Assembly (NCBI GenBank): GCA_964187785.1
Contig: OZ076409.1
Coordinates: 28,398,001-28,462,000, forward strand
Reading direction: 5' to 3'
DNA length: 64,000 nucleotides
From: Amphiscolops sp. MND2022
Lineage: Eukaryota
In this document: positions 14,101 to 26,759 of the stretch, piece by piece
How the letters are laid out: every line of letters starts with the position of its first letter
Numbering within the stretch: the stretch's first letter is position 1
Position numbers and translations under genes: made by a program
The notes under the pieces: model-generated
Databases searched by the model: none
Told to the model about the DNA's origin: nothing
The model's input: only the letters and a program-made list of their open reading frames with translations

Positions 14101-14434
14101 CTCAAGGATTTTCGACACTGATAAACTGTAAGGGCCAGGCTCAGTCCTGTCTTGTTGAGAAGCCTGATTAGTTGCGGGCACGAAAGTAATGTCATTCTAG
14201 GGACTAAGGCCGCCAAAGAACGCAACGTTTGGTCTGCATAAGCCGAGAGCCTCTCCTCAGCATTACCACTGCTAGAGGAAGGATTGGACGCAGGACGAAA
14301 AGCCGTGATCTGTTCTCTAGACTCAACTGGGTCCTCTTGTGAAGTTTCAGAAACTTCATCCATCGGTTGTGAATTTTCAGTCGGATGCTCTTCAGATGAC
14401 GTTTCTGAAGGAAAAGAAGAAAATTAGCGGACAA
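11141..14434 (-). pseudogene. Antisense, intron-containing cargo gene of copy 1 (hAT-transposase-like; BED region apparently deleted)
   Basis: ORF fragments 13279-14363, 13107-13253, 12505-12696, 11860-12219, 11545-11847 and 11141-11614 are colinear and homologous to 45864-46918 (-) and 58200-61000 (+). GT-AG introns at 13254-13311 and 12697-12768. Confidence 0.75.
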
Positions 14435-15587
14435 ACTTCCTTATTTTGAGATCCCATGTGCCGCTGTTAAAACTTCTGGAAATGAGATATATTAAAATCG
14501 AAACACGTGAAATATGTGTTTATTGGGCAGGAAGTACATGAACAGAAAGTGAGCCGTGATCAAGCCTATTTTTGTTTACATGAAATTGGGAAATCATCCA
14601 CCAGAAAAAGTTCGGGATAGCAACCAAGCAGATTGTGGAAAAACTGAGAAGTTGCAGAGCAGCGAAGTGTGAGGGCACGTACAGCTGGGGGAAAGTGCTT
14701 GACGCAAGGCAAGATGAATTGCCGGGACTGGAAGCCGACGGTGCACAGGAAACCGAAGGTACCCTTAGTATTGATGATGACTGCACGAGGTGTCCCAAAT
14801 AGTAAAGATGAAAGGAAAGATAGTTAAATATGGTTCAAAGACTAACTATCGACTAAATACAAGTGATGATTAAATACTGGATAATAAGAAAGAATTGAAA
14901 ATGGACAATTTGAATGACGAAATGGCAATGTGACAATATATCAAAATTGGATTTCGTGTCTTTACAGTTTGGTGTCAAATTTACAGTTATTTAAAATTCA
15001 CGCCGAAATGTTGATAGAGTTTGCCAGTAATATCTACATTACCCTATTTTATCTCAAAAACTTTGTTATTTCATACAATTATTTCATTACTTTTGTTATT
15101 ATTTCATTGTTTCACAGTCATATTATTTTGTTCCGTATGTGGAGTTTAACCCTTGGATGGCCATTCCGGAAAAGAAGAAACTTTGCTTCGATCTTATTGG
15201 ACGTTTCACGAGAAGCGAGACCGGGTGGCCTTCAACCATATCTTCACCTATTTGAGGATTTCAAGTAGCTATTGAGTGTTAATAAACACTCAGCGAAGTC
15301 CTCGATTCCGCCTTCAAGAAGCAAATACGATATTGAATGTCAACAATGACACGGCCGGCCGCCCATAAAGGGACTACGAGGATGTTGCTGAATATTTTAC
15401 CAAAAAGGGAAAGGAAAACCCGGAAAAAAGAAAAACGAAATTGGGTGAGTCTCCCGCGAATCTGAGCGAGGTAAACTGGCATTCACTCATTTTCGTTCCT
15501 ACCGTTCAGCTCACTACTTTTAACCTGAAATTCAAAATCTGCCCCGTACTTTCATTTCAAAATGTTGCGTAAAAAATACGAAGACGC

Positions 15588-16410
15588 ATGTCTGACTTGT
15601 CTGGATTTTTTCCAATGGACTTCGTGGGAGCCGCCCAATCTGAAAGAGAACCAGCCATCATTGACTTGTCAAGTGACTATGACGATCATATGGACTGTGT
15701 CAGCACGGACTGTGTCAGACTGTGTGTGATTTTTTCGTCAGACGAAGAATCAGAGAACATTGAGCTGATGGCCGGATGTGTAGAAAGACAACTAGCCGAT
15801 CCAATTCACATACCCACCACTGGGACAACAATGGCTCAAAAGAGGAGCGGAACACCTAGGCCAAACCAACCACCGTTCCCCACTTTTGACCGAAGGTATT
15901 TTAATCTCGGACGCGGAAACAGTTTATTAGCATTTGATAATAGGGTAAGGAATAACCACCCTTTTTACAATTGTCGCAACCTAATACCCCGAATGGATTC
16001 CCCGCTGTCTCCTTCTGTCGAAGATAGAAGACCAAACTACGGGTCAAGTGCGCCTAGTTGCTCCTACTCTACTGATACTGTCTCAGTGGAGTCAATCTCA
16101 AACTATTTCAATGGGATGGCTGTGTCAGAAACTCCGGCGCTGGTGAACTGTTCAGACTGTGTGGTCTGCGGAAAGTCAATCCACCAAATACAGTCGGAGG
16201 CGGTCGATGACTACTTAAACAAAACTGTGAATCCAGGCTAAACGTTGGCAGAACAGGAAGCAAGGAGAAGAGCCTTCTTGGATGGAATGTCCGCAGGGAC
16301 GTTGCTTCTCATGCCAGGTGGAGTGTCGCAGGCTGCCGCATGCGATGGAAAATGGTATTCTATCTCTTACAACAACTACAACACTCTCCTTGGGACAATC
16401 CTGCTTGGTG
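15588..16410 (+). pseudogene. ORF-X (unknown protein; acidic N-terminus, DCVVCG motif) running through the PPT into the 3' LTR
   Basis: ORFs 15588-16241 and 16245-16454 are separated by one in-frame stop. Homologous to 53083-53868 (-): DCxVC.G...QI...A...Y...RRR..L.GM..GT...P.GV.QA. Confidence 0.75.
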
Positions 16411-17263
16411 GGATTTCACTTTTGGTGGACAATCACTTTGAAGTCGACCCATAACCATGACGTCATTGTGGCTAAAAATAGTCGGTGCTATTTTTCGAAA
16501 ACCCTTCAGGCTATTTTCAGTAAATGACCCCAGTAAAATTGCTAGTCATGTAAACGCGGATATATAAACACCCGGGAACATAAGTCCCGACACAAATTGT
16601 TTAAACTACATACCGTCCAGTTAAACAACCGTTAAAAAGTTTTGATTTGCAAGACAAAGACTCAATTTGATTCTTCCCTCGTAACCATTTTTGATGCCTT
16701 CAACGAGGAGACAGGAAGCAAAAGCAAAGAGATCTAGTGAGATGGGCATGATGTATTATTTTGAGGACTTAGACGTGATGGTAGGGTGCGATAACAACAA
16801 TCAAATCGAAAGAGAATTTGAAGCTAGCGCTATTGAAGGATCGTCTGTTCAATATGACACTAAGTCTAACCTACCTGCAAGGGAAGATTTTTTCCAAGAA
16901 AATGAGTTTAGGAATCAGAACTATGGAAATAGTTTTCCCAGACATGAAAGCATTTTGGAATCGTTAGAAACTTTTGCAAATGAAGTTAACTTGAGATCAT
17001 CCCAGGAAATGGATTCTTCCATGCTGTCGATGGTAATTGCTCAGATCAATAGAGCCATATGTTCGGCTATATCAGATAGAGTCATTCCAGAAATACGTAA
17101 TATTGTGAGCTCAATGTCTTCATCAGGAAAGAGGGACACTGAGGCTGGCTCGTCCCCTAACAGCCAGGAAAATAGAGGAAGAATGGCTGGGTTGAAAACT
17201 AGAATTACAAAGAAGGACTCTATGTCTGTGATCTACGAGACACAGGAGACTTTGGTTATTACA
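16324..17263 (+). repeat. 3' LTR of copy 1 (internally deleted), with TATA (~16561) and gag-leader ORF from ATG 16694 (MPSTRRQEAK...)
   Basis: TG...CA termini. Start matches the 5' LTR at 4208. ORF 16691-17290 is homologous to the gag N-terminus of copy 2 (38642 onward). Confidence 0.88.
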
Positions 17264-18540
17264 AAAGGTATATGCCCTAATTCAATTTGAAACAAAATTC
17301 GTTCTCACAAAATTATTGAAGTGAAACGCGACTATACTAGTGACTTCCACACAAACATCCAAACTAGTTAAATAGTTCCTCAAAAATATGCGAAATCTTA
17401 AGGTGTCAGATTTTACCATTTGGCCCAAGGAACCTTTTGTGAGACTTTTTTTCGAAAATTGTTTTCTCACCAAAAGGGGCCTCTTCAATTTTTCGATGTT
17501 TTGCGAAAAAATGGATGTTGAAGAATCCCAAACGGTCCATTTCAGTTTTTTGGCATTTTAGACTTTGTTTCGAAACATTGTTAATGTCTTCAAAGGGTCC
17601 CCTTTCCAATTCAGTCACCTTTTCAGTTTTTATGGGTACTGTTCAGGCAAAACTGTTTTTTCTTATCGAAACTGAAACTTATCGAAATTGGAACTAGCTC
17701 GAAAAATTTAACGATTCTATTAAATTTCAACGCAGCTGCCTAAAATATTATTTCTAAATTTCACGGCAATTCAGATTCATTGAGTTTCACAGGCTTTAAT
17801 ATGCATTAATTCAGTTTTCCAATGTTGCTGAGACTTCATCAATTTTACCGCCATTTTAATTAATGCAAATAAATTTCAGTCACTTTATATATTTCAAAGA
17901 AACGTCAACCTCAGCGGGCGATTCAAATAATGGTTATTACATTAATTATTCATCAAAATGAAATTCTCCAAAGTTTTTCCGGACAGGCTCCCGGAATTTT
18001 CATGTTTTGTATAAAGTTAGCCTCGCACGCATGGAAGCAGCGTGAGAAACTTCCCAGCAAATTCAACTAAGTTTATTCAAGGTCACGAGTGACTGGATGT
18101 TATCTCTAGTTTCAATACGATTTTGTCTGTCAAATTTTTTTTCTATCATGCCGCTGCTAGTTTTTACGAGTTTTCTCAAGTCTCAACATTTGCAAGTTGA
18201 GAGATATAGGAACCCGATAACAATGATAGATCTGACTGTGAATATTTTGACGCCTTTTGGTTAATTTTTCACATTTTTGTTAAGTTAGAATTTCTCCGAA
18301 CTATATTATTCTAGAAACCTAACAGTTTTTTCCAGTTTTCTCTTTTTGGATCTTTATATCTTTCGGAAAACAGAAAGTGCGAAAAATGCAAAAAACTGCC
18401 AAAAAGCAAGATGTTCAAATGTTTCAAATGTTCAAAATGTTCAAATAAAAAAAACATTGCTAAGTAGATAAAATTTTCCTATTGCATCTCGTTGGATATT
18501 CACTCTCACGGAAACATCGAGCATTTGTACAAAAATTGAA

Positions 18541-18925
18541 AGGGTTGGGGGACAATTCATCACAAGTGGCAGCTCGTCCCATATTGAAAAAGCGACGATT
18601 CGTCCCAAATTGATCAGCTAATTAATGAGTATTGGATTTTAATGTAGTCTTGAAATACTGAAGAATGTGAAAAAAGATAATCTTTTGCCTCAAAGAGACC
18701 CTATTAATTGGTCCTTATTTTTGTACCTGCCTCTAAATAAAATATTTCCGGATTCATTAATACAAAGGTAATAATTGGCAATTGAATTGGGAACCAATTG
18801 CAGCTTTTAATAATTGGGAGGAATTGCCGCCTTTTCAAAAAGGACGATTTGACGCTTGGGACAAATTGTCGCTTTTTGGAATTTGGGACGATTGTCGTTT
18901 GGGACGAACTGTCGCTTTACGAATT
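18541..18925. mobile_element. MITE with GCGACAATTCGTCCCAAA subterminal repeats
   Basis: Repeat units are direct on the left and inverted on the right. The AGGGTTGGG end is shared with the copy at 28303-29594. Confidence 0.6.
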
Positions 18926-19664
18926 GAAAAAAACTCTCAAAAATGACACTTTTTAAATTTACGTTATATTTATTATAACGAAACTTGATCAGTAGCCATT
19001 TTTTTGTTGTTAAAATCTGCAAATACTTGCACCGACAAAAACATTTAAAACAGTGTGTAAAAAACAATAAATTGTTACAAATTGAAATTTTTGGGCACTT
19101 TGGGTCAATTTGTTTTTTTTTTTGCTTTAATTACTTTCCCCGAAAAAGTTCAAATATCTGTACAAATTCAAATCCCACAATGTTTGATGACGAATTCTGA
19201 ATTATCATTTGGGTATAAATTATAAACTCGGTAAACTAAGAGAAAATGAGGAAACAACGCGGCTCAATCAGTAATTTTTCTTTCCCAAATGGACATATGG
19301 GCGCAAACCAATTGAAAGTCCTTGGTAAAAACAGGAGTGGTTTAGAAAGAGCTTCTGTTTGAGAAATATCGACAATATTACATTATGAAAATTCTTTGGC
19401 ATGATTTGGAAAAACTACATGCAAACATGGAAATTGACAGAATTAATCCGAGCTCTGATTCTGTTCCTGATCACACCAACAACTCCCACTTAATAATTTG
19501 AATTGTGGAATTGCCTTAGCAGTGCAAGATTACAAAGACATAGAATTTAATTGGTTTGTTGAACTAACTTTATTTCAAGGGGATCAAATTTCAGTGGGCG
19601 AAGACTTTCAGAGTGATAGTAGAAGTTTCAAAAAACTTTTCTATCTTTTCTTTCAGTTTCTTAC

Positions 19665-19906
19665 CTCGGTTTTATGTCCATTGGTATTACCGTCGTTGAT
19701 CAAGTAGATGTGAATGACGTAACTGACAAAGTCCGAGAATGACACCATGTTGGTGTGAACCTGCTTGATGTCCAAATTGTATAAGTTTGACTGTGTTTTA
19801 TTCTCGCGTTTGACAAAATCTGCAATGTTCTGGGAAAATGACTCCCACAGGAAACACGTATTTTCGTTAGCGTAGTCTTCGCAGTTTTTGAACTTGTTTA
19901 GGTAAG
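19665..19906 (-). CDS. Carbohydrate sulfotransferase exon (completes RLLS|AYLNKF; SFSDFVSY)
   Basis: Acceptor tgtttcag|CT, donor GAG|gtaaga. Phase 1 in, phase 0 out, joining both neighbours in frame. AYLNKF and SFSDFV are typical CHST motifs. Confidence 0.9.
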
Positions 19907-21029
19907 CTGAAACATATATAACATGGAATGTCATATTGATTTGTGCTTTTCAATGAGATAGGGCAGAAATATTACAATACTACTATACGTAGAATGTTGC
20001 ACATGAACAAACTTCGGTTGAATTCGTAAAAAGAATTCTGAATGGGGCAAGCGGGAATAACGTCTAACAATAACGTGTAAATGCAAAGCATTTCCCGAAA
20101 AATTTTTCGGCGTTACTCCCCAGACAATATTCGAGCCTCTATATGTATGATATTAATCCACGACACCATTTATTCATTGCACTACGCGATTCTACACGTT
20201 AGATGAAAATGAAGGTTAGTAAAAAAGATCCGGTTGGCTTCCGGTCATGCATTTCCATTCAAGATTCATCCATGGGCAATAGCTCTTCCTGGTAAGGAGC
20301 ATGTCATAGACCATGAATGGGAATCAGTAGATTACTCAAGACCTTAAGTTGGTTTCAACATTTTTGCTTCCGAAGAAGGCTGATTTTGCATGGCTTAAAC
20401 TATTAACGAATTGGATTGGCGTGCGATTGTCGCCGTCACCCTATTGGCAAGGGGCATGATTGCGCACTCAGGTTTTCAGGATGGTAACAAACTTTGAGAA
20501 ACATGTAACAACTCCTAATGTAAACTAATTAAAAGTAGTCTGTTACAAAATGAAACAATAGGAAACTTCCTGATATTTTCTGAAGTTGCAATTCTGTTTT
20601 TTTTGTTTAAATTTCCGTTCTGACCTTTCGAAAACGATAAGAGGGCACTCCGCCTTTTTATGAAAAATTCGGGAAAATTGCGTCCGAAAACTAAGGAAAA
20701 CTGTTCAAGATGAATTTACTCCGAGGCGTGTATTGGTCATTGACGACCAAATAGATAGGAAATTCCCAAACAGCAGAAGTTCCATACTGCAGAAATTGAC
20801 AATTCGGTCCTATACAGCAGAAATTTTCCGACGGCCAATCAAATGAGAAAAAAATTACGCCATTTATTGGGAACCAATAACAAATCGACGTAAAAACCAA
20901 CTAAAGATAATTTCAATTATCATTTCAAAACTCACATTATCAATTTTGGGAAAGAAAGCTGTAATATATTGATCCAACGAAAAATTTTATAGTTATTGAT
21001 GCTAAAAATGCCGGAAAATACCTCGTTTT

Positions 21030-22300
21030 CGACAGATATCCGTTGTCTGTCAATAAAAAACTACAAATACCTGGTAAATGGTGTGCGCTTCAACATGCGG
21101 AACAAAAATGAGTGTTTCTCCAAATTATGGACAAATAAAAAATCCCTGCATTCGTACACTCACATCCACCAAAAAATCCGGAATACGGCCACTAATTTTT
21201 TGACAAAATAAAAAAGTCGTCCGAAATGATTCAATCAAAACTGTGGAAAGGGGTCTATAAAAATATATGCGCCAAAAACACGTGGACAATACCGCCATTT
21301 GTTTGCTTCTATGAAAAGCAGCCTTCATCGAACTCGATCGGAAAAGTTTCCGAAACTTCCAAAAGATTCCAAAAACATTCAAATTTCTGGAAAGTGGAAA
21401 TATTTTGCGGAGAAGGAAAAAGTCTTGGCGAACCATGCGAAGCATGACAATGAGGTAGAGAAGCTCCAAAAATTTAAAAACTTTACCTATTTTTATTCAG
21501 TTTTTTTTCAAGTTTTCATAAAATTTTCGGAGCTTCCTAACAAGCCGGTGTCGCAATATTTGCAAGAGAAAATGTTTAAACTTTTTGTTGAATGTTCAGT
21601 AATTTTGGTCGACGGGACGCCCCAAAACAGTTTATCAAATATTAGCCATTCATGGCTCAATAATTACCTGGAAAATTCCGCTGGCATGGGCATACGTCGA
21701 AAGCAAAGCAACTTCCCACTGCCGAAAAGTTCTCCGGATCATAAAACGGAAATTCGGAGAATTATCATGCGAATAGTTTAATTGGAAACCGGCCGAGGTC
21801 GTTTCCGAATGTGAGGGGGCAATATTTTGGCCCCTGGAAATCGAATTTCAACGAAGTACCCATGTGGGATGCTTTGTTCACTTCACGCAAGTCGTTTATG
21901 TGAATATCGGAAGATGAGGGCTATCAAACACCTACAAAGAAGACGGAAGTTTTTGGGAAACTCGCCAGGTCGACTCCATTTTTGCTCGTATCCAAAGTAC
22001 AAGATTTAACTTTATACTTATGCGACCTGCAGTTTGTTAAAGACGCTTTCCGGGATCACCCTGGAATAGCTTACTTTCCGAAACATTTCCATTTGACATG
22101 GAATGTATTTTTGAACCCGAAATATCGAACGCCAAAACTGCCTTCGTACAACGAATTCGTGTGAAAGTTGGCATGTACAGTCGAATCGGCAACATTCCAA
22201 TTCTTTAGAAGTTCAGGTGAAAAATACAAGTTGTCAAGTCAGAATGGGTTACCTTCCACCATTGCAAAACAATTGACGCATTTTCGACGGGCATTTGCAT
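21030..22300 (+). pseudogene. Mutator-like (MULE) transposase remnant
   Basis: Motifs in order across frameshifts: VHSHPP (FLYWCH-like end), VILVDGT, VSECEGAI, GCFVHFTQ (CxxH), RTTNSCESWH. Element ends not identified. Confidence 0.7.
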
Positions 22301-23179
22301 GATCTCAGGATTTCATTTATGGACAGACAATGAACCGTTTTTGAAATTTGGGAGGGTGTTTCCCATTGTTCCGGGCCGATTAATAACCAACAACTGCAGT
22401 ACCAACTTTTAATTGCTGAATTTTTATTGAAATATTCTGTTCGGAATTAGCTGCTGCTGTATTTTGCGATTTGTAATCACTCTGCTGTTCGGAATTAGTT
22501 TCAGTTGTAATTAGTAATTAATTAGTATAGTCAATTAATTAGTATAAAATTCACTTTGTAAATTCAGTTATCGTCTCTTGGGACCTTATTCTTTTGATGA
22601 CAATGTTTCTGCTGTATTTCTTTCCAAAATTTGTTTACAAAACACTCTCATTTCCTTGGCTGATTTTTCTGTAGTATGGGACCGAGTTTAAGTTTTCTGC
22701 TGTATTAATATGCCTCCGAATAGACAGTGGTAGCCTGAAAAGTATTAGAGGACGACCTGCAATTTCAAGAATAACACCTCAGTATAAAATCTCAAAAACC
22801 CTGAGCCAACAAACTTTACTAGTGTTACTTAAGTTTAGAAAAATTGTAGCGTCACACGTGATAGAGTTTAGCCGAGTTCAGATCGATGTTAATGCAGAAA
22901 CAATATATAGCAGAAACGAATTGAATTCTCAATTGTGATTTGTCGTCAGTGAACTTTGGATGACGAAACTACTATGTAGCTTTGCAACCGACTCTTGTAA
23001 ATGAAAGCCAATGCATGCAATTTCTTCTAAATTACCAAACGGTTACATTATCGAGCGGCTAGTGTCTCGGCAACCGGAGTCACAGTCTCGACAGTCTCGC
23101 TAGCAGCACTCAAATACTTTGGTTAATCAGCCAAAGCGGGGCCATTAGCAAGGCTGTCTATTATGCTATTGACAATACT

Positions 23180-23800
23180 ATTGATGACAACAATCAATTA
23201 TAACAATATCAACTATATCTTTTTCAACTCGCACATTTAGATTCTGTATGTCTTTCAACAAGGTTTGACGTGATGTTGGCTCTAATTTTGTATATCTTCT
23301 GTTCACGATTTTGGGCAAATTTCGAAACAATAAGATTTGCGCGTTTTTTAATTTCGTCAATATAGTTCGGATGGTCAGATCTAATATGCTCCATCAAGTT
23401 GCCAAAGCCTCTTTTTAAGCTTTGTTTTCGCTTTCTGTCACAGCGACATTGCCATGTTTCATTGCCAATGTCAATGAAAAAGCTGACATAATACAATTTA
23501 CGGTTATAACACGTATATAACCGCGCTAGAATTAATTCACCCTGTGAAATTCCGTGCAATGCTGTGAGTTTCATCCAATCAGAATGCGCGATGCTGAAAC
23601 CAGATTACATTCTGCAAATGATTTTTCAGCCAATGCATTTTTTATGAAAATCACTACGTTATTTTCATAAAATGTTCCAATCAAAAACATGTGTTAAAAT
23701 TGAGTTTGAGATGTATTAGAAAACGGGAAATCCTATTGGACAATAATTGTTCAATAGCCGAACTTGTTTCCTTCAATTAATGTATTAACCACTCTGTTAA
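23180..23800 (-). pseudogene. hAT transposon 5' remnant with BED finger
   Basis: WQCRCDRKRKQSLKRGFGNLMEHIRSDHP. The DNA is clearly homologous to 30670-30842, 31290-31390 and 34560-34900. Confidence 0.75.
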
Positions 23801-24339
23801 CATTCATTTGTTCCAGCTATGTTATTGTCAATAAATGAAACTTACGTCAACAATTGATCAGTTGGGCTCTGAAAAATTAAACCGTAGACCGCAGACCGTT
23901 TTGTCTTGTTCTCAATTGATAATCGCAGAAAGCCTATGTTTTGGGAGTTTAATGCGGCCTTCCCAAACAATTGTTAATATACAATTGGAACGCATATATA
24001 CAGACTTCTCAAACGAAAAATAAAAGTTGTAGCAGTTATTGCTGATACTGCCAGAGCGTGTCCAGGGGCAATAATTAGGTTGATCAGCACACGACTGTCG
24101 GTAGCTGGCTTACGTTCTTCAACACACGTTGTAAAATTATTTGTACGCAAGGCAACAGAGAATTTTACACCCTTGAAGAACGCAAACAAAATTTTGCTGG
24201 ACTTAGAAGATAAGAAAACAGTGAACAGATTTTGGGACACAAGTCGGAAAAGCCGATATGATAGAATGAGAGACTTACTTTCGAAACTTGATTCGTTTTC
24301 TCCAATTGTAGCAGCATTGAAACACGCGCTCACAACAGT

Positions 24340-26759
24340 CCCAGTGTTCTTAGTCATGAAACCCTTGCCATGATCATGGTAAATCTTGCTAAATCATGAT
24401 TAACCATGGTACCCTTGTCAAGATCATGGCAAACCATGATACATGGAACGCTTGTCAAGATCATGGCAAGATCTTGACAAGATAACCATGGTAAGCCATG
24501 AAAGCTGGTATTACTTGTGCATATTTTATTCTTTTCGCAAAAATTCCTCGTCGTCTGCAATTTCTGAATTAGCCATTGTAATAACTTCGGACATAACTTT
24601 TATTGATGGAAAATAGTTTTTTAATTGAAAATTATCCAAAACTTGCTCAATAATTTGCTGCACCTATTGACCGAGTTTTGTTACTTGAGAGCACGGCATT
24701 GCTACTACCATCATAAATTATCATACAAAGCAAACTCGGAATCAAGTTATTGCAACTTGCAGGTTGGCAAAATCGGTGTGAAAACCAACTTTTCTAGCTA
24801 TGATTTGTTTACAATTATGCAAATTATGCTATTACCTTATCTATTGAGGTAACGGTTTCTAATTACTGAAGTTCGATAATGCAGTAAAAAGTTATAATTG
24901 TCGGAGCAAAAACACTTTCCTATAATGTCTTCTTGAGTATCAGTTTTTCTTCTGTTTAACAGTAGGCATGTCTGTTCTTTGGTCCGAAAAAATCTCTAGA
25001 TACTAGTTACAATTTGGAAATGAGAGCTCTGAATTTTCCAAAAATTTCGCTAATGGTACCATGGAACCCTTGACAAGATCATGGTTAATCATTGTTAGCC
25101 TTTGCACGATCTTGCATGGCCATGGTATCCTTGCCACGATCATGGCAAAAACATTGCAAGATCTTGGCAAGGTGTCGTGGTATCCCCTACAGTCTAGGGT
25201 ATTTAGAGAACTATCTCTAGAAAGGGGTTGACTGTTAGAATTTATTTGAATTGTGTTTTGGGTATTTCCCCAAGCACCATGGTGCTTTCTACCTTCGGTG
25301 TTCTTGCTCAGTCTACTAGACCGTGAGTCCACATTTGTCCCTAACCCACCAACTAGACCTGACAATGAAGTTTGTAAAGGAGGAAGGATAGTTTCTTGAA
25401 TCGCAGAGCTTATTGAATCTGTAATTTGTGTGTTCAAATCTCTTTTAAGTTCATCTAATCTTCTCGACTTTTGCTGTGATAATTCAGTACCAATAAATCT
25501 GGACGTATCTATAGTTACTTCAATTTCAATCCTTTTTTCAGTGTTCAATAGTGATCTAAAGTCTTCCACAATTTCTAGCCTTGTCAGTCCTGGCCGAACG
25601 ATTTCCTGGATAATTACCCAGCATAACAATCATATCCTCTAAATCAGACATCACGTCCGAGGGCCTTTAGCGCTTTTCCTTAGCTTTCTGCTTTCTAGTT
25701 GAAGGCATTAGTAGAAGTACTTTTGGAGCAACAGGTAATTGTGGTTAATCTATATCAACGAACAGAACTGACTATTATCAACAACTAATGCAATTCCAAA
25801 ATTGCGTTTAACTGGTTGATTGGGACTGTAGGTCAAATGGAGTTTGTAACACTTGTCTATCAGAGATTCGTATCATAAGGTGCATAATCAATTGTAATCC
25901 CGTGGCCTAAGTGGCCCTTGTATAAATACTCGGGAGAGCATGACAAGCAGTTTTCCTAGTGTCATATTTCTAAAAATAGCATCGATTCAGGAGAAGTGTT
26001 CTTCAGGACCTTACGTCACAATTGCATCACTAAACTATGAATAGAAATAGTCCGGGTCATGGACGTGTCAACTATTGAGGGGGTTGTGAGGGCGGCACTC
26101 CTTTCAAGTCTGGTATTTGTGATTTACTTTTATTTACATAGGTAACAGCCAGTGAAAATATTACATGCACTTCATGTTAAGGACCGGTGGTCCAAATAAC
26201 TAATTGCGGAGAATGAAATTTGCACACTACTAGCACATAAAAGTGAATGCTTAGCGCTGATTGGATAATACAAGGGGGACTACGCGTCCGACTTCACTAA
26301 GCGAGGCGTCAACTCGAACGCGTGTCCTTTCAACTATACACTTGTTTACTATTGTATTCACAGCTAATTCAGCTAACATTGATTCTCTTACATTCTGGTT
26401 TACATGACAATAATACATCACTAACATGAAATGAATATACACTGCATTTTACATGTAAGATAGGGTGAGATGATTAATAGGGTTGGTCATACTTAGGTAA
26501 ACGGACCAGTAGTCTTTATGTTTGTAAAATGCATAGAAAATCAGTTTATAATTAGTAAGGGTTCAAAATAAGGGTTTGAATGTGGACCGGAAGTTCGTAA
26601 GGCCTACAGTGGCAAAACTCCTGGAGGTAGTACGTCATTTGATTGTTCGTTTGGGGTTACTTGATAATCATTTCCATCACAGGCGGTCGCCTGTGACACA
26701 AGGCTAGCAAGGAACTTGTTATGGATCTTGGCAAGGGTACCATGGCTTCGAACACTGGG
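24340..26759. mobile_element. CMC/EnSpm-type non-autonomous element (CCC...GGG ends, 2-bp TSD)
   Basis: TIRs CCCAGTGTTC...GAACACTGGG. Flanks GT/GC. Dense CATGG/GATCTTG subterminal repeats. Confidence 0.8.
25173..26698 (-). mobile_element. Solo LTR (1526 bp) of the same Gypsy family
   Basis: Minus strand TGTCACAGGCGACCGCCTGTGATGG...CCACGACA. Perfect TSD CAAGG. The ORF-X tail (VSQATACDG...PPGVLPL*) is at its 5' end. The gag leader MPSTRKQKAK starts at ATG 25708. Confidence 0.93.

Larger units (their letters stand above)
4208..17263 (+). mobile_element. Gypsy LTR retrotransposon copy 1 (decayed, near full length, with extra antisense gene and ORF-X)
   Basis: Termini TGTCGCAGG...TTATTACA. 5-bp TSD GAAGG/AAAGG (1 mismatch). 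The first 84 nt of the two LTRs (4208, 16324) differ at 7 positions. Domain order PR-RT-RH-INT. Confidence 0.9.

Noticed and set aside
11141..14434. Independent hAT transposon inserted into the Gypsy element
   Set aside because: No TIRs or 8-bp TSD were found, and the gene has the same position and orientation in three divergent copies.
15588..16454. env gene in the pol-to-3'-LTR position
   Set aside because: No signal peptide, furin site or transmembrane segment; short and acidic.
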